A DNA stretch of 64,000 nt, from NCBI RefSeq assembly GCF_006345805.1, contig NC_043011.1:55440464-55504463 (forward strand), read 5' to 3'. The number at the start of each line of letters is the position of its first letter. Positions within the stretch are counted from its first letter, which is position 1. This DNA is from Octopus sinensis (lineage: Eukaryota). This document shows positions 50,219 through 63,745 of this stretch, piece by piece. A model generated the notes under the pieces. It was given only the letters and a program-made list of their open reading frames with translations. It made no database searches and had not been told where the DNA came from. A program made the position numbers and the translations under genes.

Positions 50219-50737
50219 TGAGAGAAAATGGAATGAACAAGAGGCTTTATTTAAAACCAGTTCAATTGTTTCAACACATTTCTACACTTGTAATACATTG
50301 GTGAGACGTGTAATCACTGTCATCAATCCAAAGTGTAAATGTGCCTCCCCAGGTGATTGTTTAAATAAGTCCTTTATTAAATCCACCATCATTTCACATC
50401 AATTAGTAATTAGTGTCTACGACTACTATGAGTGGTCACTAATGCTGTAAATCTCTCTGTGGGTAATTCTGTGTTCATTTCTCTGGATTGTAATATTATC
50501 GGGAGTGTATAAGGATATAGATCTGTATGGAGACTGGTACATCCTCTCAAACTTATTTCCTTTTATTTTACAATTTCATATTTTTTTGGTTACGACACCC
50601 TACACGTGTTTCCACTGCACAGATGCACATGCAACCAGGCATGATTTTCTGTGCAACTTTGTTCAGGCTCTCTCCACCAGCTAATCACATTTGTTCATGA
50701 TGAGAGAATCTATCATCATCATCACATATATTGTTAA

Positions 50738-50959
50738 TAGAAGAAAAGAAAATGGAGATAAGGAAGTTATCGATAGGTCCACATGTAACATCCCAAGGTG
50801 CATCTTTTTTGTTTCTTTGATGAAATTTGCTCATGTTACATAAATGCATATTTAATGTACAAATTTGTAATTAAATTATTGAGTATTAATTGTAAGAAGC
50901 GAAGATAACCAATTTGTTAATAATTGTTAACTTCCTTATCTCCATTTTCTTTTCTTCTT
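50738..50959. mobile_element. MITE with about 32-bp TIR and TTAA TSD (Kolobok-like)
   Basis: TTAA|TAGAAGAAAAGAAAATGGAGATAAGGAAGTTA ... TAACTTCCTTATCTCCATTTTCTTTTCTTCTT|TTAA. Confidence 0.7.
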
Positions 50960-51148
50960 TTAACTGGAAGTAAACTATATCCTTGGTATACACCTATTGT
51001 TTTAAGGGAATTTCATTCCCAACAATACTAGGTATTGAACCAGTATTTCCTTGGATGCAACCATCCCTTCATGAGGTTAACATATCCTCTAATTAAATTT
51101 ACACACACACACACACATATATATAGATAGATAGATATAGATATATAT

Positions 51149-51330
51149 GGTCCTCATGAAGGCAAAGTGGCTGAATTCCTTTCAAGCGTTGGGCCCCACG
51201 GAGGCAAAGTGGCTGAGTTCCTTTCAAGTGTTGGTCCTCATGGAGTCGAGGTGGCTGAGTTCCTTTCGAGCGGGCCTCACAGAGGTAAGATGGCTGAGTT
51301 CCTTTCGAGTGTTGGGCCTCATGGAGGCAA
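51149..51330 (+). repeat. 42-bp tandem repeat (about 4.4 units) derived from the RTE RT C-terminal coding end
   Basis: Units GG(T/G)CCTCATGGAGGCAAAGTGGCTGAGTTCCTTTC(A/G)AGTGTT, continuing into GAGGCAATGACCAAGACCTTTG. Confidence 0.75.
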
Positions 51331-51539
51331 TGACCAAGACCTTTGACATTATGTCATGCTTGAGAAGAAGACCCATCAACCCGAGCAAAATCAGTCGTGG
51401 CAGATACCAGTGTCATGCCCGTGCTGGTGATGATGATGATGAAGATATATATACACACAGGATGTTCTCCCAAAACGTATACACATTTTCATTCCTAATA
51501 ACTCACTTCATTTTCATTTCATTTTAGATTTAACCCACA

Positions 51540-53070
51540 AGAAATAATGGAGGGGGGCAAGGCTAAACTTGAAACAAATTGTTACTGGAAGACTGAAAAT
51601 GCAGTCAAAGTGTAAAGACAATTTATGTGGGAGTTTCAAACAAATCCATCAACATAGTTTGAATTAGAAATAAGTTTGAAGTAGATGGAACTGTTCAGAA
51701 TGTTCACAAGAAATGTTCTGGAAAACTGCAGGACATTAGCAAACCTTACAATGCAAGAATGGGTACTAGGAACATATTGCCAAAGTTCAATAAAATCTGT
51801 GTGTCAAGCAAATCGTGAGATAGCAATATCAAAATCAAGCATTCATTGCATTTGGCAGCAGTGTTAGACAAAATGACATTCCAAGAACAGTTTATTCTCT
51901 CAGAGAAGATGATCTGGACCAAAAAATGGAGTTTTGTGAATGTGGTCACTCAGCAAAGTGCCGAAGATGCACGCTTTCCAATAAAGATTGTTTGAAAGGA
52001 TGACATGACATTTCAATTAAATGGCTCAATTAACCACTGCAATTATACTTAGTGGATGTGGTGTTAGCGGTGTTATGGGCTGTGATGAGCTATGTGGTGT
52101 TGGTGGAGAGGATGGTAGATGAGGCAAAGGGAAGTGAAGACTGCAGGGGCTGGCGGAAGAGCCACAAGGGCATGTGTGGGCAGGAAGCACGTGTGGTCAG
52201 TTTGAGCAAAGACGTGTTTATTTCTTGAGAGTGACCGCTGATTCCGCCGAGGTCAACAAGTAAGGCCTTTTGTATTTCTTTCTCCCGTCTGCTTCTCTTT
52301 CTGTTGTCCTTTCCTTCCATCACACTACAGTGGAGATATGAGAATCTATTACAGAGGGACAGTATGTTAATTTACCAAGAGTTACAGTATTCTTTTATTC
52401 TTTTACCTGTTTCAGTCATTTGACTGCAGCCATGCTGGAGCACCGCCTTTAGTCGAGCAACTCGACCCCGAGACTTATTCTTTTGTAAGCCCAGTACTTA
52501 TCTATCGGTCTCTTTTGCCGAACCGCTAAGTAACGGGGACATAAACACATCAGCATCGGTTGTCAAGCAATGCTAGGGGACAAACACAGACACACAAATA
52601 CACACTCGCATACATATATATACATATATACGACGGGCTTCTTTCAGTTTCCGTCTACCAAATCCACTCACAAGGCTTTGGTCAGCCCGAGGCTATAGTA
52701 GAAGACACTTGCCCAAGTTGCCACGCAGTGGGACTGAACCCGCAACCATGTGGTTGGTAGACAAGCTACTTACCACACAGCGATGTGGTTTACCTTCAAA
52801 AGATTAATTGGATCCTTCTTTTTTGATAGAACTGTGACTGGTCCCGATCATTTGAACTTACTCTCACAATCTGTCAGGCCAAGCATTCGAGAGGACTTTC
52901 GAAATGTGGAGTTTCATTTCCAGCAAGGTGTGATACTCCTACACTATAATAATAATGTAAGGAGCTGCCTTGATGAGATTTTGCCAAACAAGTGGATTGG
53001 ATGTGGAAATTCAGTCGAATAGCTTTTGCATTTCTCAGACGTCACACCACAAGAATATAGAGTTTGCAGT
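51540..53070 (+). mobile_element. Degenerate Tc1/mariner (DUF4817-type HTH plus DDE) transposase, interrupted; duplicated at about 55215-56745
   Basis: IRNKFEVDGTVQNVHKKCSG; FFFDRTVTG...FHFQQG...[13 protein letters not shown]...SDVTP. Confidence 0.7.
52388..52781 (-). mobile_element. OR-like SINE (duplicate at 56064-56458)
   Basis: Reverse complement of the 8187 family. Confidence 0.85.
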
Positions 53071-53250
53071 ACAAAACAGCAGCAGACAAAAAAATGAGGG
53101 CAGCAACTGAATGAGAATGTGGATAAATATTTAATGAAACGTTTCTTGATGTTTGTCATTCCATTGCCTTTGAATAATGATCAGTGCCGGGACTAGGAAA
53201 AAAAGGAAATTCTGTCTGTTGATTCTATCAAATTTTGAAAAGGAAATACC

Positions 53251-53424
53251 TATTTCTTTACTACCCACAAGGGGCTAAACACAGAGGGGACAAACAAGGA
53301 CAGACAAACGGATTAAGTCAATTATATCGACCGCAGTGCGTAAATGGTACTTAATTTATTGACCTCAGCGGAATTTGAACTCAGACGAAATACGGCTACG
53401 CCCAGCGTGCTAACGTTTCTGCCA
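53251..53424 (-). mobile_element. SINE of the 8817 family, internally deleted (duplicate at 56927-57100)
   Basis: Tail TATTTCTTTACTACCCACAAGGGGCTAAAC; flanked by GGAAATA on both sides. Confidence 0.75.
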
Positions 53425-54749
53425 GGAAATATATTATTTCAAACACTTACTTTGTAATTAGTTAATGTGTATATACATAATTTGGGTGCACGCACACACA
53501 CACTGTTTAATTGTTGTGATATTTACCACGTTACTCAGCCAGCTGCCATACATACTCTCTCTCTCTCTCAATTACACGTTGCACAATTAATGAAATTATG
53601 ATTTACCAGAAATTAGGTTGGAAACAAAAGCAGCAATGTTGCCTCCTGAACAATAGGGAATGGCTTGTTGAGACTGACATGGTAAAAGTTCTCTTGAATT
53701 TTAACAGACAGACAAGTGAAAGGAAAACAACAAAAAGGAAAAAAAGGTTGATCTTTAAATCCTTATGGATTTAGGCCAGTTGAAGTGAACTAATCTGTTG
53801 TTATTATAGAATTGTAGAAAAACTGTGAAGTCATGAGTGAAATCAATGAAATCATTACAGCAAGTGGAAGCATGAAGATGGCAGCTGATGCCACAGCACT
53901 GAGCAACATTATTGGCAATATAAAAACAAAACAAACCAATAAATAAACATATTTTTCAATTCCTAATCCAAAACACACACACACACACAACACTACATTT
54001 TTATGTTAATTTACCACTTCATTCATATAGAAATACACACATGCGCTTCCCCACGAACTCCTCCACCCTTACTGCCATCTTTCAATTCCATCACTTTGTT
54101 ACACCCAAAACATTAAGGATACTAGAAGCAGCTTTGTTGTCATCGAAATACGAAACAATAACACACTCTGTCTTCAGATAAATTGAGTACTTTTTGGATT
54201 TTCAGACACCTTAAACTGTATGACTAAGGCTACATGTACTATGTATAAATTAATCAATCTGTCAGTCAGCCTGTCTGTCTGTCTGTCTGTCTGTCTATTT
54301 AAATATGTCATCTCCACCCTCCCAAATACTACCCCATCCCTTGCTTTCTCTTTCTTGTTCTTTCTTCTGTTTTGCAAATTACTTGGCAACCCCACCGGTG
54401 CCAGTGCCACATAAAAAGCACCCAGTAAAACATTGTAAAGTGGTTGCTGTTAGGAAGGTCATTCAGCTGTAGGAACCATGCAAAAGCTGATGCTGGAGTT
54501 CAATACAGCCCTGTGGTTCCCTGGGCCTGGTCAAATCGTCCTGCAGAGGTCGGGTGTGTATCATGGAAACCAGATGCAAATGGAATGTGTTTGTCTTTAA
54601 AGTAAACAAATGCATGAACAGATCCATAATTAAAAATAGTTTATTTACTGGACTTGATTTGTTATAGGTACACTTAATTCTTCACTACATACAAAATGTT
54701 GACAACTGCTACGAGTTGCTAGAAATATAAACAGGGTACATTCGTTCGT

Positions 54750-54962
54750 GGCCGTTTGCCAGCTCTGTCTGGCACTTGTGCGGGTGGCACGTAAAAAGCA
54801 CCCACTACACTCATGGAGTGGTTGGCGTTAGGAAGGGCATCCAGCCGTAGAAACACTGCCAGATCTGACTGGGCCTGATGAAGCCTTCCAGCTTCACAGA
54901 CCCCAGTTGAACTGTCCAACCCATGCTAGCATGGAAGACGGACGCTAAATGATGATGATGAT
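54750..54962 (+). mobile_element. RTE LINE 3' UTR fragment (duplicate at 58432-58644)
   Basis: Family core and GAT tail. Confidence 0.8.
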
Positions 54963-56063
54963 ATATCAGGAATGAATATGTTTGTGTGTGCGTAGTTCAT
55001 TTGAGACAGAAGTCTATCGTGGCACTTCGAACATTCTGTGCGGTCATTCAAAACCTGTTGTGTGGTCGACCTTCCAGATACCAGTGTCATGCCCGTGCTG
55101 GTGATGATGATGATGAAGATATATATACACACAGGATGTTCTCCCAAAACGTATACACATTTTCATTCCTAATAACTCACTTCATTTTCATTTCATTTTA
55201 GATTTAACCCACAAGAAATAATGGAGGGGGGCAAGGCTAAACTTGAAACAAATTGTTACTGGAAGACTGAAAATGCAGTCAAAGTGTAAAGACAATTTAT
55301 GTGGGAGTTTCAAACAAATCCATCAACATAGTTTGAATTAGAAATAAGTTTGAAGTAGATGGAACTGTTCAGAATGTTCACAAGAAATGTTCTGGAAAAC
55401 TGCAGGACATTAGCAAACCTTACAATGCAAGAATGGGTACTAGGAACATATTGCCAAAGTTCAATAAAATCTGTGTGTCAAGCAAATCGTGAGATAGCAA
55501 TATCAAAATCAAGCATTCATTGCATTTGGCAGCAGTGTTATAGACAAAATGACATTCCAAGAACAGTTTATTCTCTCAGAGAAGATGATCTGGACCAAAA
55601 AATGGAGTTTTGTGAATGTGGTCACTCAGCAAAGTGCCGAAGATGCACGCTTTCCAATAAAGATTGTTTGAAAGGATGACATGACATTTCAATTAAATGG
55701 CTCAATTAACCACTGCAATTATACTTAGTGGATGTGGTGTTAGCGGTGTTATGGGTTGTGATGAGCTATGTGGTGTTGGTGGAGAGGATGGTAGATGAGG
55801 CAAAGGGAAGTGAAGACTGCAGGGGCTGGCGGAAGAGCCACAAGGGCATGTGTGGGCAGGAAGCACGTGTGGTCAGTTTGAGCAAAGACGTGTTTATTTC
55901 TTGAGAGTGACCGCTGATTCCGCCGAGGTCAACAAGTAAGGCCTTTTGTATTTCTTTCTCCCGTCTGCTTCTCTTTCTGTTGTCCTTTCCTTCCATCACA
56001 CTACAGTGGAGATATGAGAATCTATTACAGAGGGACAGTATGTTAATTTACCAAGAGTTACAG

Positions 56064-56458
56064 TATTCTTTTATTCTTTTACCTGTTTCAGTCATTTGAC
56101 TGCAGCCATGCTGGAGCACCGCCTTTAGTCGAGCAACTCGACCCCGAGACTTATTCTTTTGTAAGCCCAGTACTTATTCTATCGGTCTCTTTTGCCGAAC
56201 CGCTAAGTAACGGGGACATAAACACATCAGCATCGGTTGTCAAGCAATGCTAGGGGACAAACACAGACACACAAATACACACTCGCATACATATATATAC
56301 ATATATACGACGGGCTTCTTTCAGTTTCCATCTACCAAATCCACTCACAAGGCTTTGGTCGGCCCGAGGCTATAGTAGAAGACACTTGCCCAAGTTGCCA
56401 CGCAGTGGGACTGAACCCGCAACCATGTGGTTGGTAGACAAGCTACTTACCACACAGC
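56064..56458 (-). mobile_element. OR-like SINE in the second duplication unit
   Basis: Copy of 52388-52781. Confidence 0.85.
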
Positions 56459-59271
56459 GATGTGGTTTACCTTCAAAAGATTAATTGGATCCTTCTTTTT
56501 TGATAGAACTGTGACTGGTCCCGATCATTTGAACTTACTCTCACAATCTGTCAGGCCAAGCATTCGAGAGGACTTTCGAAATGTGGAGTTTCATTTCCAG
56601 CAAGGTGTGATACTCCTACACTATAATAATAATGTAAGGAGCTGCCTTGATGAGATTTTGCCAAACAAGTGGATTGGATGTGGAAATTCAGTCGAATAGC
56701 TTTTGCATTTCTCAGACGTCACACCACAAGAATATAGAGTTTGCAGTACAAAACAGCAGCAGACAACAAAATGAGGGCAGCAACTGAATGAGAATGTGGA
56801 TAAATATTTAATGAAACGTTTCTTGATGTTTGTCATTCCATTGCTTTGAATAATGATCAGTGCCGGGACTAGGAAAAAAAGGAAATTCTGTCTGTTGATT
56901 CTATCAAATTTTGAAAAGGAAATACCTATTTCTTTACTACCCACAAGGGGCTAAACACAGAGGGGACAAACAAGGACAGACAAACGGATTAAGTCAATTA
57001 TATCGACCGCAGTGCGTAAATGGTACTTAATTTATTGACCTCAGCGGAATTTGAACTCAGACGAAATACGGCTACGCCCAGCGTGCTAACGTTTCTGCCA
57101 GGAAATATATTATTTCAAACACTTACTTTGTAATTAGTTAATGTGTATATACATAATTTGGGTGCACGCACACACACACTGTTTAATTGTTGTGATATTT
57201 ACCACGTTACTCAGCCAGCTGCCACACATACTCTCTCTCTCTCTCTCTCTCAATTACACGTTGCACAATTAATGAAATTATGATTTACAAAAAATTAGGT
57301 TGGAAACAAAAGCAGCAATGTTGCCTCCTGAACAATAGGGAATGGCTTGTTGAGACTGACATGGTAAAAGTTCTCTTGAATTTTAACAGACAGACAAGTG
57401 AAAGGAAAACAACAAAAAGGAAAAAAGGTTGATCTTTAAATCCTTATGGATTTAGGCCAGTTGAAGTGAACTAATCTGTTGTTATTATAGAATTGTAGAA
57501 AAACTGTGAAGTCATGAGTGAAATCAATGAAATCATTACAGCAAGTGGAAGCATGAAGATGGCAGCTGATGCCACAGCACTGAGCAACATTATTGGCAAT
57601 ATAAAAACAAAACAAACCAATAAATAAACATATTTTTCAATTCCTAATCCAACACACACACACACACAACACTACATTTTTTATGTTAAATTTACCACTT
57701 CATTCATATAGAAATACACACATGCGCTTCCCCACGAACTCCTCCACCCTTACTGCCATCTTTCAATTCCATCACTTTGTTACACCCAAAACATTAAGGA
57801 TACTAGAAGCAGCTTTGTTGTCATCGAAATACGAAACAATAACACACTCTGTCTTCAGATAAATTGAGTACTTTTTGGATTTTCAGACACCTTAAACTGT
57901 ATGACTAAGGCTACATGTACTATGTATAAATTAATCAATCTGTCAGTCAGCCTGTCTGTCTGTCTGTCTGTCTGTCTATTTAAATATGTCATCTCCACCC
58001 TCCCAAATACTACCCCATCCCTTGCTTTCTCTTTTCTTGTTCTTTCTTCTGTTTTGCAAATTACTTGGCAACCCCACCGGTGCCAGTGCCACATAAAAAG
58101 CACCCAGTAAAACATTGTAAAGTGGTTGCTGTTAGGAAGGTCATTCAGCTGTAGGAACCATGCAAAAGCTGATGCTGGAGTTCAATACAGCCCTGTGGTT
58201 CCCTGGGCCTGGTCAAATCGTCCTGCAGAGGTCGGGTGTGTATCATGGAAACCAGATGCAAATGGAATGTGTTTGTCTTTAAAGTAAACAAATGCATGAA
58301 CAGATCCATAATTAAAAATAGTTTATTTACTGGACTTGATTTGTTATAGGTACACTTAATTCTTCACTACATACAAAATGTTGACAACTGCTACGAGTTG
58401 CTAGAAATATAAACAGGGTACATTCGTTCGTGGCCGTTTGCCAGCTCTGTCTGGCACTTGTGCGGGTGGCACGTAAAAAGCACCCACTACACTCACGGAG
58501 TGGTTGGCGTTAGGAAGGGCATCCAGCCGTAGAAACACTGCCAGATCTGACCGGGCCTGATGAAGCCTTCCAGCTTCACAGACCCCAGTTGAACTGTCCA
58601 ACCCATGCTAGCATGGAAAACGGACGCTAAATGATGATGATGATATATCAGGAATGAATATGTTTGTGTGTGCGTAGTTCATTTGAGACAGAAGTCTATC
58701 GTGGCACTTCGAACATTCTGTGCGGTCATTCAAAACCTGTTGTGTGGTCGACCTTCCTCGATGCCTGCAGGGATTTTCTCTCCTCTTGCCTCTGTTGACC
58801 ATCATATTTATAATATTTGTGGCAGCTAGAAAGAAAGACATACTGCAGCAGAGTTTGTACCTAAATAGGTCAGCCCCTGTCCAGTTGAACTTTTTTTTAA
58901 GGGTCCAACTCATGCCAGCATGGGAAATGCATGTTAAATGATAATGATGATGATGATGGTGATACATGCATACATAGGTGCAGGCATCACTGTGTTGTTA
59001 AGGAGTTTTGCTTCCCAACCACGTGGTCTCAGGTTCAGTCCCACTGTGTGTCATCTTCAGCAAATGTCTTCTATTATAGCTTCATGGCAACCAAAGTCTT
59101 GTGAGTGGATTTGATAGATAGAAACTGAAAGAAGCCCATTGTGTGTGAACTGTGTATGTTCGTGCATCTGTCCTGACATTCCACAAATAGTGTCATTCAT
59201 TTCATGCACAAACATGTCTGAAGATGGGGAAATATTTCCTTGCTTAGAAATAGGTGAGGGTTGGCAACAGT

Positions 59272-59500
59272 GAGGTCGTTGCCAGTACCGCCTGACTGGC
59301 CCCCCGTACTGGAGGCACGTAAAAGCACCCGCTACACTCTCAGAGTGGCTGGTGTTAGGAAGGGCATCCAGCTGTAGAAACTCTGCTAGATCAAGACCGG
59401 AGCCTGGTGCAGCCATCTGGTTCGCCAGCCCACAGTCAAACCGTCCAACTCATGCTAGCATGGAAAGCGGACGTTAAACGATGATGATGATGATGATGAT
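59272..59500 (+). mobile_element. RTE LINE 3' UTR fragment
   Basis: Family core and GAT tail. Confidence 0.8.
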
Positions 59501-59745
59501 ATATATATACACACACACACACACATACACTTATATTAAAACATGTGTTTAAGACGTGTTCACTCTACATGTGATTTTGGGTTCAACAGCGAGGTACCTT
59601 CAGCAAGTTTCCTTTACTATAGCCCTGGGCTAGTCAATGCCTTGTGAACAAATTTACTAAACAGAAACTGTACGAAGCCCTTGGAAATTGCATATATTTA
59701 TGTGCGGGTGCGTATTTATATGTGAGTGTGAATATATATATATAT

Positions 59746-60118
59746 GGCACAGGAGTGGCTGTGTGGTAAGTAGTTTGCTTACCAACCACATGGTTCCGGG
59801 TTCAGTCCCACTGCGTGGCACCTTGGGCAAGTGTCTTCTACTATAGCCTTGGGCCGACCAATGCCTTGTGAGTGGATTTGGTAGACAGAAACTGAAAGAA
59901 GCCTGTCGTATATATGTATATGTGTGTCTGTGTTTGTCCCCCTAGCATTGTTTGACAACTGATGCTGGTGTGTTTATGCTCCCGTCACTTAGCGGTTTGG
60001 CAAAAGAGACCGATAGAATAAGTACTTGGCTTACAAAGAATAAGTCCCGGGGTCGATTTGCTCGACTAAAGGCGTTGCTCCAGCATGGCCGCAGTCAAAT
60101 GACTGAAACAAGTAAGAG
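59746..60118 (+). mobile_element. OR-like SINE, full length
   Basis: Colinear with 8187-8566. Confidence 0.85.
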
Positions 60119-60399
60119 AGAGATATGTATGTATTTATGTATGTAATAAATCGTCATATGCATAGTGAACTGTGAGAATCAAAGTGATGGCTTTGCATTT
60201 TTATATTCCAGCAGATTCAAATGTGAATCTGCTAATCAATGTTGTTTTTCATTACAGGAGAGCGACTTCCTCTTTACAATGAATATGTGTTGATAACAAA
60301 GTCAATTCATTAGCATAAGAGACATTGGGACATCTAATGTTTCAATATCATTGTATCTTGCCAGACAGAGGCACCCAAACTAATTTATCTGACAGGAGT

Positions 60400-61400
60400 C
60401 AAACCTCTTGCTGATAGCTTCAGAATACAAACTGTTTTGTGGGCCACAATGAACAAATTTAACATGGGGGAAAAAGCTCACTCATACTATTCAAGGACTG
60501 TACACCAAAGTAACCAGTGCTGTATTCCTGCAAGGCACCATTGGAGAATGGTGCCATACCGCTGTAGGAGTTTTTCAAGGATGATCCCTCTCTCTTACCT
60601 ACCTCAAAATCTTCTTAAAGAGGATTCTGAATGATAGCTTTGAAGGTTTTGTGAGCACACTCTTTTTTTTTTTGAGGTAGGAACATTAAAAATCCAAGAT
60701 TTACTAGTGACATCGATGGAATAGTAGCAAGAGGAGATGAATTGTTTGGATTAGTCCAGAATCTTGGTAGAACTTCCATCTACATAGGAGATGGAAGTCA
60801 AGACTGTAAATACTAAACTCTAGACAAATACCAGCAGTACCATCTCAACAGACATCTTTGTAATAAGGAGTGAAATTAGAGATATTGCAGAAGTTTAAAT
60901 ATACCTGGCCGCAATTAATATCAAAGGTAAATAAGGTCTGAAATCATTGGAAGAATCACACAAAAAACAACAGCTTCAATTAAATTGAAACCAATGTGAA
61001 GAGATAAGAATGGCACCGTGAACAATAAAAACAGACTTTTGTGTACACTTGTGCTTTCCATCTACCCGTATCCAAGTGAGATATAGACTCTCAAGAGAGC
61101 AATTTAGAGGAAGAAACAGGTCTTAGAAATGTGGTTCTATTGCAACACCTTAGGGGTTTCATACCTGGATCATAAATGAGTGGGTTTGTAAAATCATTCA
61201 GCAACACATTAGCTTCCAGTCATATAACAAGATCTAATGGCCTTTGCAAAAAAACCATTCTTCAAGGAACTGTGGAAGGGAGGGGGAAAAAGACAAGGAC
61301 AGAGAAAAAAATGGACAATTAATATAAAGGAATGGATAGGCAAATTGCTAGCAGACACCCAGGTTTTGGCACGTTACTGTGACTCCACGACGACCACCAC
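60400..61400 (+). mobile_element. Degenerate RTE reverse transcriptase fragment
   Basis: TSAVFLQGTIGEW..TAVGVFQG, RFTSDIDG, ILQGTVEG...QRKKWTINIKEW across frames. Confidence 0.75.
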
Positions 61401-63244
61401 CACAATAACAACAACAAATATTTTGCACAGGGCAATTTTTCTGCTCCATACCTACCATGAAACATATAAATGAGAATTCTTCTTTCATAAACTGAATCTA
61501 CAGAAAAAATAGGCTAAATGTATGCAAATTAATTTGCATATATCGAATACATTCTGTCAACCACAGTAAGAGAGCCAGGTGTTGTGTTTTAGAGGAGAGA
61601 AACAACTTCAAAACTATAAAAATAAAAGACATGTCGAACATATAATTAGTACAAAAGAAAGCTCTTATTTCATTAAGAAAAAACGTTTCTATGAAGCATT
61701 TTGGCGAAAATTAGTTGTTTTAAAGAAGTTTTGGGAATAAAGATATTAGTTGCTTGACTCAATAACATCAGATAAATATTGATTTTTTTTTTACTTCATA
61801 TGTTGTATACACACATACAAATGGGTTTGACCAAATATATATCGTTGGCAGGATATAAAAACATTGCTCAACTTATTGATATTTCACTTTATGTCAACAT
61901 TTTCGGTGACATTTGCCGTAAGAGTCTTGAAAAACTTGGCTTGTGAATCCATTTGAAAAATCAACATTATCATTGTCACGTGACAACCAAGCATTATAAC
62001 GTTCGAAGTATAAAATCGTCAAAGCACAATGACCCACAATATCTAATAATGTCGCGGAATTATTTGACAAGTAATAGAGCTGTGAATGTGTTATTCCATT
62101 TGGTGTGTGCGATTCCGAGCTATGCTTTCTTGCAGGCGAGGCCAAGTTAAATTAATATAAATTATAATTCCATTCACAACTAAGATATAGTAAAAAATAC
62201 AAATCAATCTTAGTATAAGACTATTTTGCCCTCGAAAATATGGAAGATAGAGTTGACCTCGGTCAGATCTGAACACTAGACAGCAACTAAACACTTAGTA
62301 TTTTGCTCAACTCTCTAACGAGTCTTCTATTGTACCGTTAAGGTAATCCGTAGAAGAGCCAATTGACAAAACGTCTGACTAAAAGCTTCCTCGAATAGTT
62401 TTATATTAAGTTCTGGGTTCAACTTGCACCGGAATCGATTTTTGCCATTCCTCATCTCGGTTTCACAAAGACAAGTAACAATACTAAAGAGAGTCAATGG
62501 ACTCGATAATAAAACTTGACCTGCTGACAAGAAAAAGAAAAAAATCAATTGAAAGCACGCGGATATTTTGTGGTGTTCTAATTTTTTTCTTTTTTAGTAG
62601 TAACAAAGAAATTGTAGATAAACTGAATGAGTAAATTATCCGTACACTCATTAATATTCCTCGTGTGTGTCCATAGTCTTTTGAACGATTCAGCCGATCG
62701 AATAACATGGTTTGTTGCTGGTACTTAGCCCCCGTCAAGCCTTGTAGAGAGATCAATAATCAAGGGGTTTCCAAGCGTGACTACCACGTCTTCATGTATA
62801 TCAAGGACTAGACAGTCGAAAATTTTTTTTTTATTTTTGAAACAGTTGGTGGTAATTTGAAAATTTCGATTTTTTTTCCAACTCAAATATCTTCAAATAA
62901 TATTTACCGATCAGGTTTTGACGTGAAGGTCTCAATAGCCTTGGCTCAACCAATTCGTTTCAGATCTTACACTGGAGATCAAAGGAGAATTTACTGGCGC
63001 ATTTTGGAAAGTTCGAAATTGCTGACAGACTTCGTATTGAAAGTCAGACCTCACTCCGCAACAACGCAAAAAAATTTAATTAAAATAAAATTAAAAAAAT
63101 AAAAAACCTCCCACCTATGTTTAAAGTTAAAAATTGGTAAATTTAGAGAGAAAAACTTACCTCGTTCTATTACGTGAAAAAAATTAAATTAACTCGTTTT
63201 CAACCGCACGGATTTTCTGAAGTCATAATTACACACAAATACAC

Positions 63245-63248
63245 ACAC

Positions 63249-63329
<81 letters not shown>

Positions 63330-63534
63330 GTGTATATGTGTGTGTGTGTTTGTCCCCCTAGCATTGCTTGACAACCGATGCTGGTGTGTTTACGTCCCCG
63401 TCACTTAGCGGTTCGACAAAAGAGACCGATAGAATAAGTACTGGGCTTACAAAGAATAAGTCCCGGGGTCGATTTGCTCGACTAGAGGCGGTGCTCCAGC
63501 ATGGCCGCAGTCAAATGACTGAAACAAGTAAAAG

Positions 63535-63616
<82 letters not shown>

Positions 63617-63745
63617 CATACATACACACACAGATGTATATTTGTATATGCGTGTATGTATCTGTATGTGTGTACGTACGTACTTATGTATGTATGTATG
63701 TATGTATGTATGTATGTATGTATGTATGTATTTATGTATGTATGT
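63245..63745. repeat. Microsatellite cluster (GT/AT/ATGT) around the 3' half of an OR-like SINE (63338-63535)
   Basis: Direct inspection; SINE tail colinear with the 8187 family. Confidence 0.85.

Larger units (their letters stand above)
51401..58756. repeat. Tandem duplication, unit about 3674 bp (51401-55074 and 55075-58756)
   Basis: Near-identical colinear sequence with scattered SNPs and indels; junction GACCTTC|C|AGATACC. Confidence 0.95.

Noticed and set aside
53790-53993. Hydrophobic 67-aa ORF in the duplicated unit (also 57471-57665)
   Set aside because: Starts in a (GT)n microsatellite, no splice support or recognisable domain
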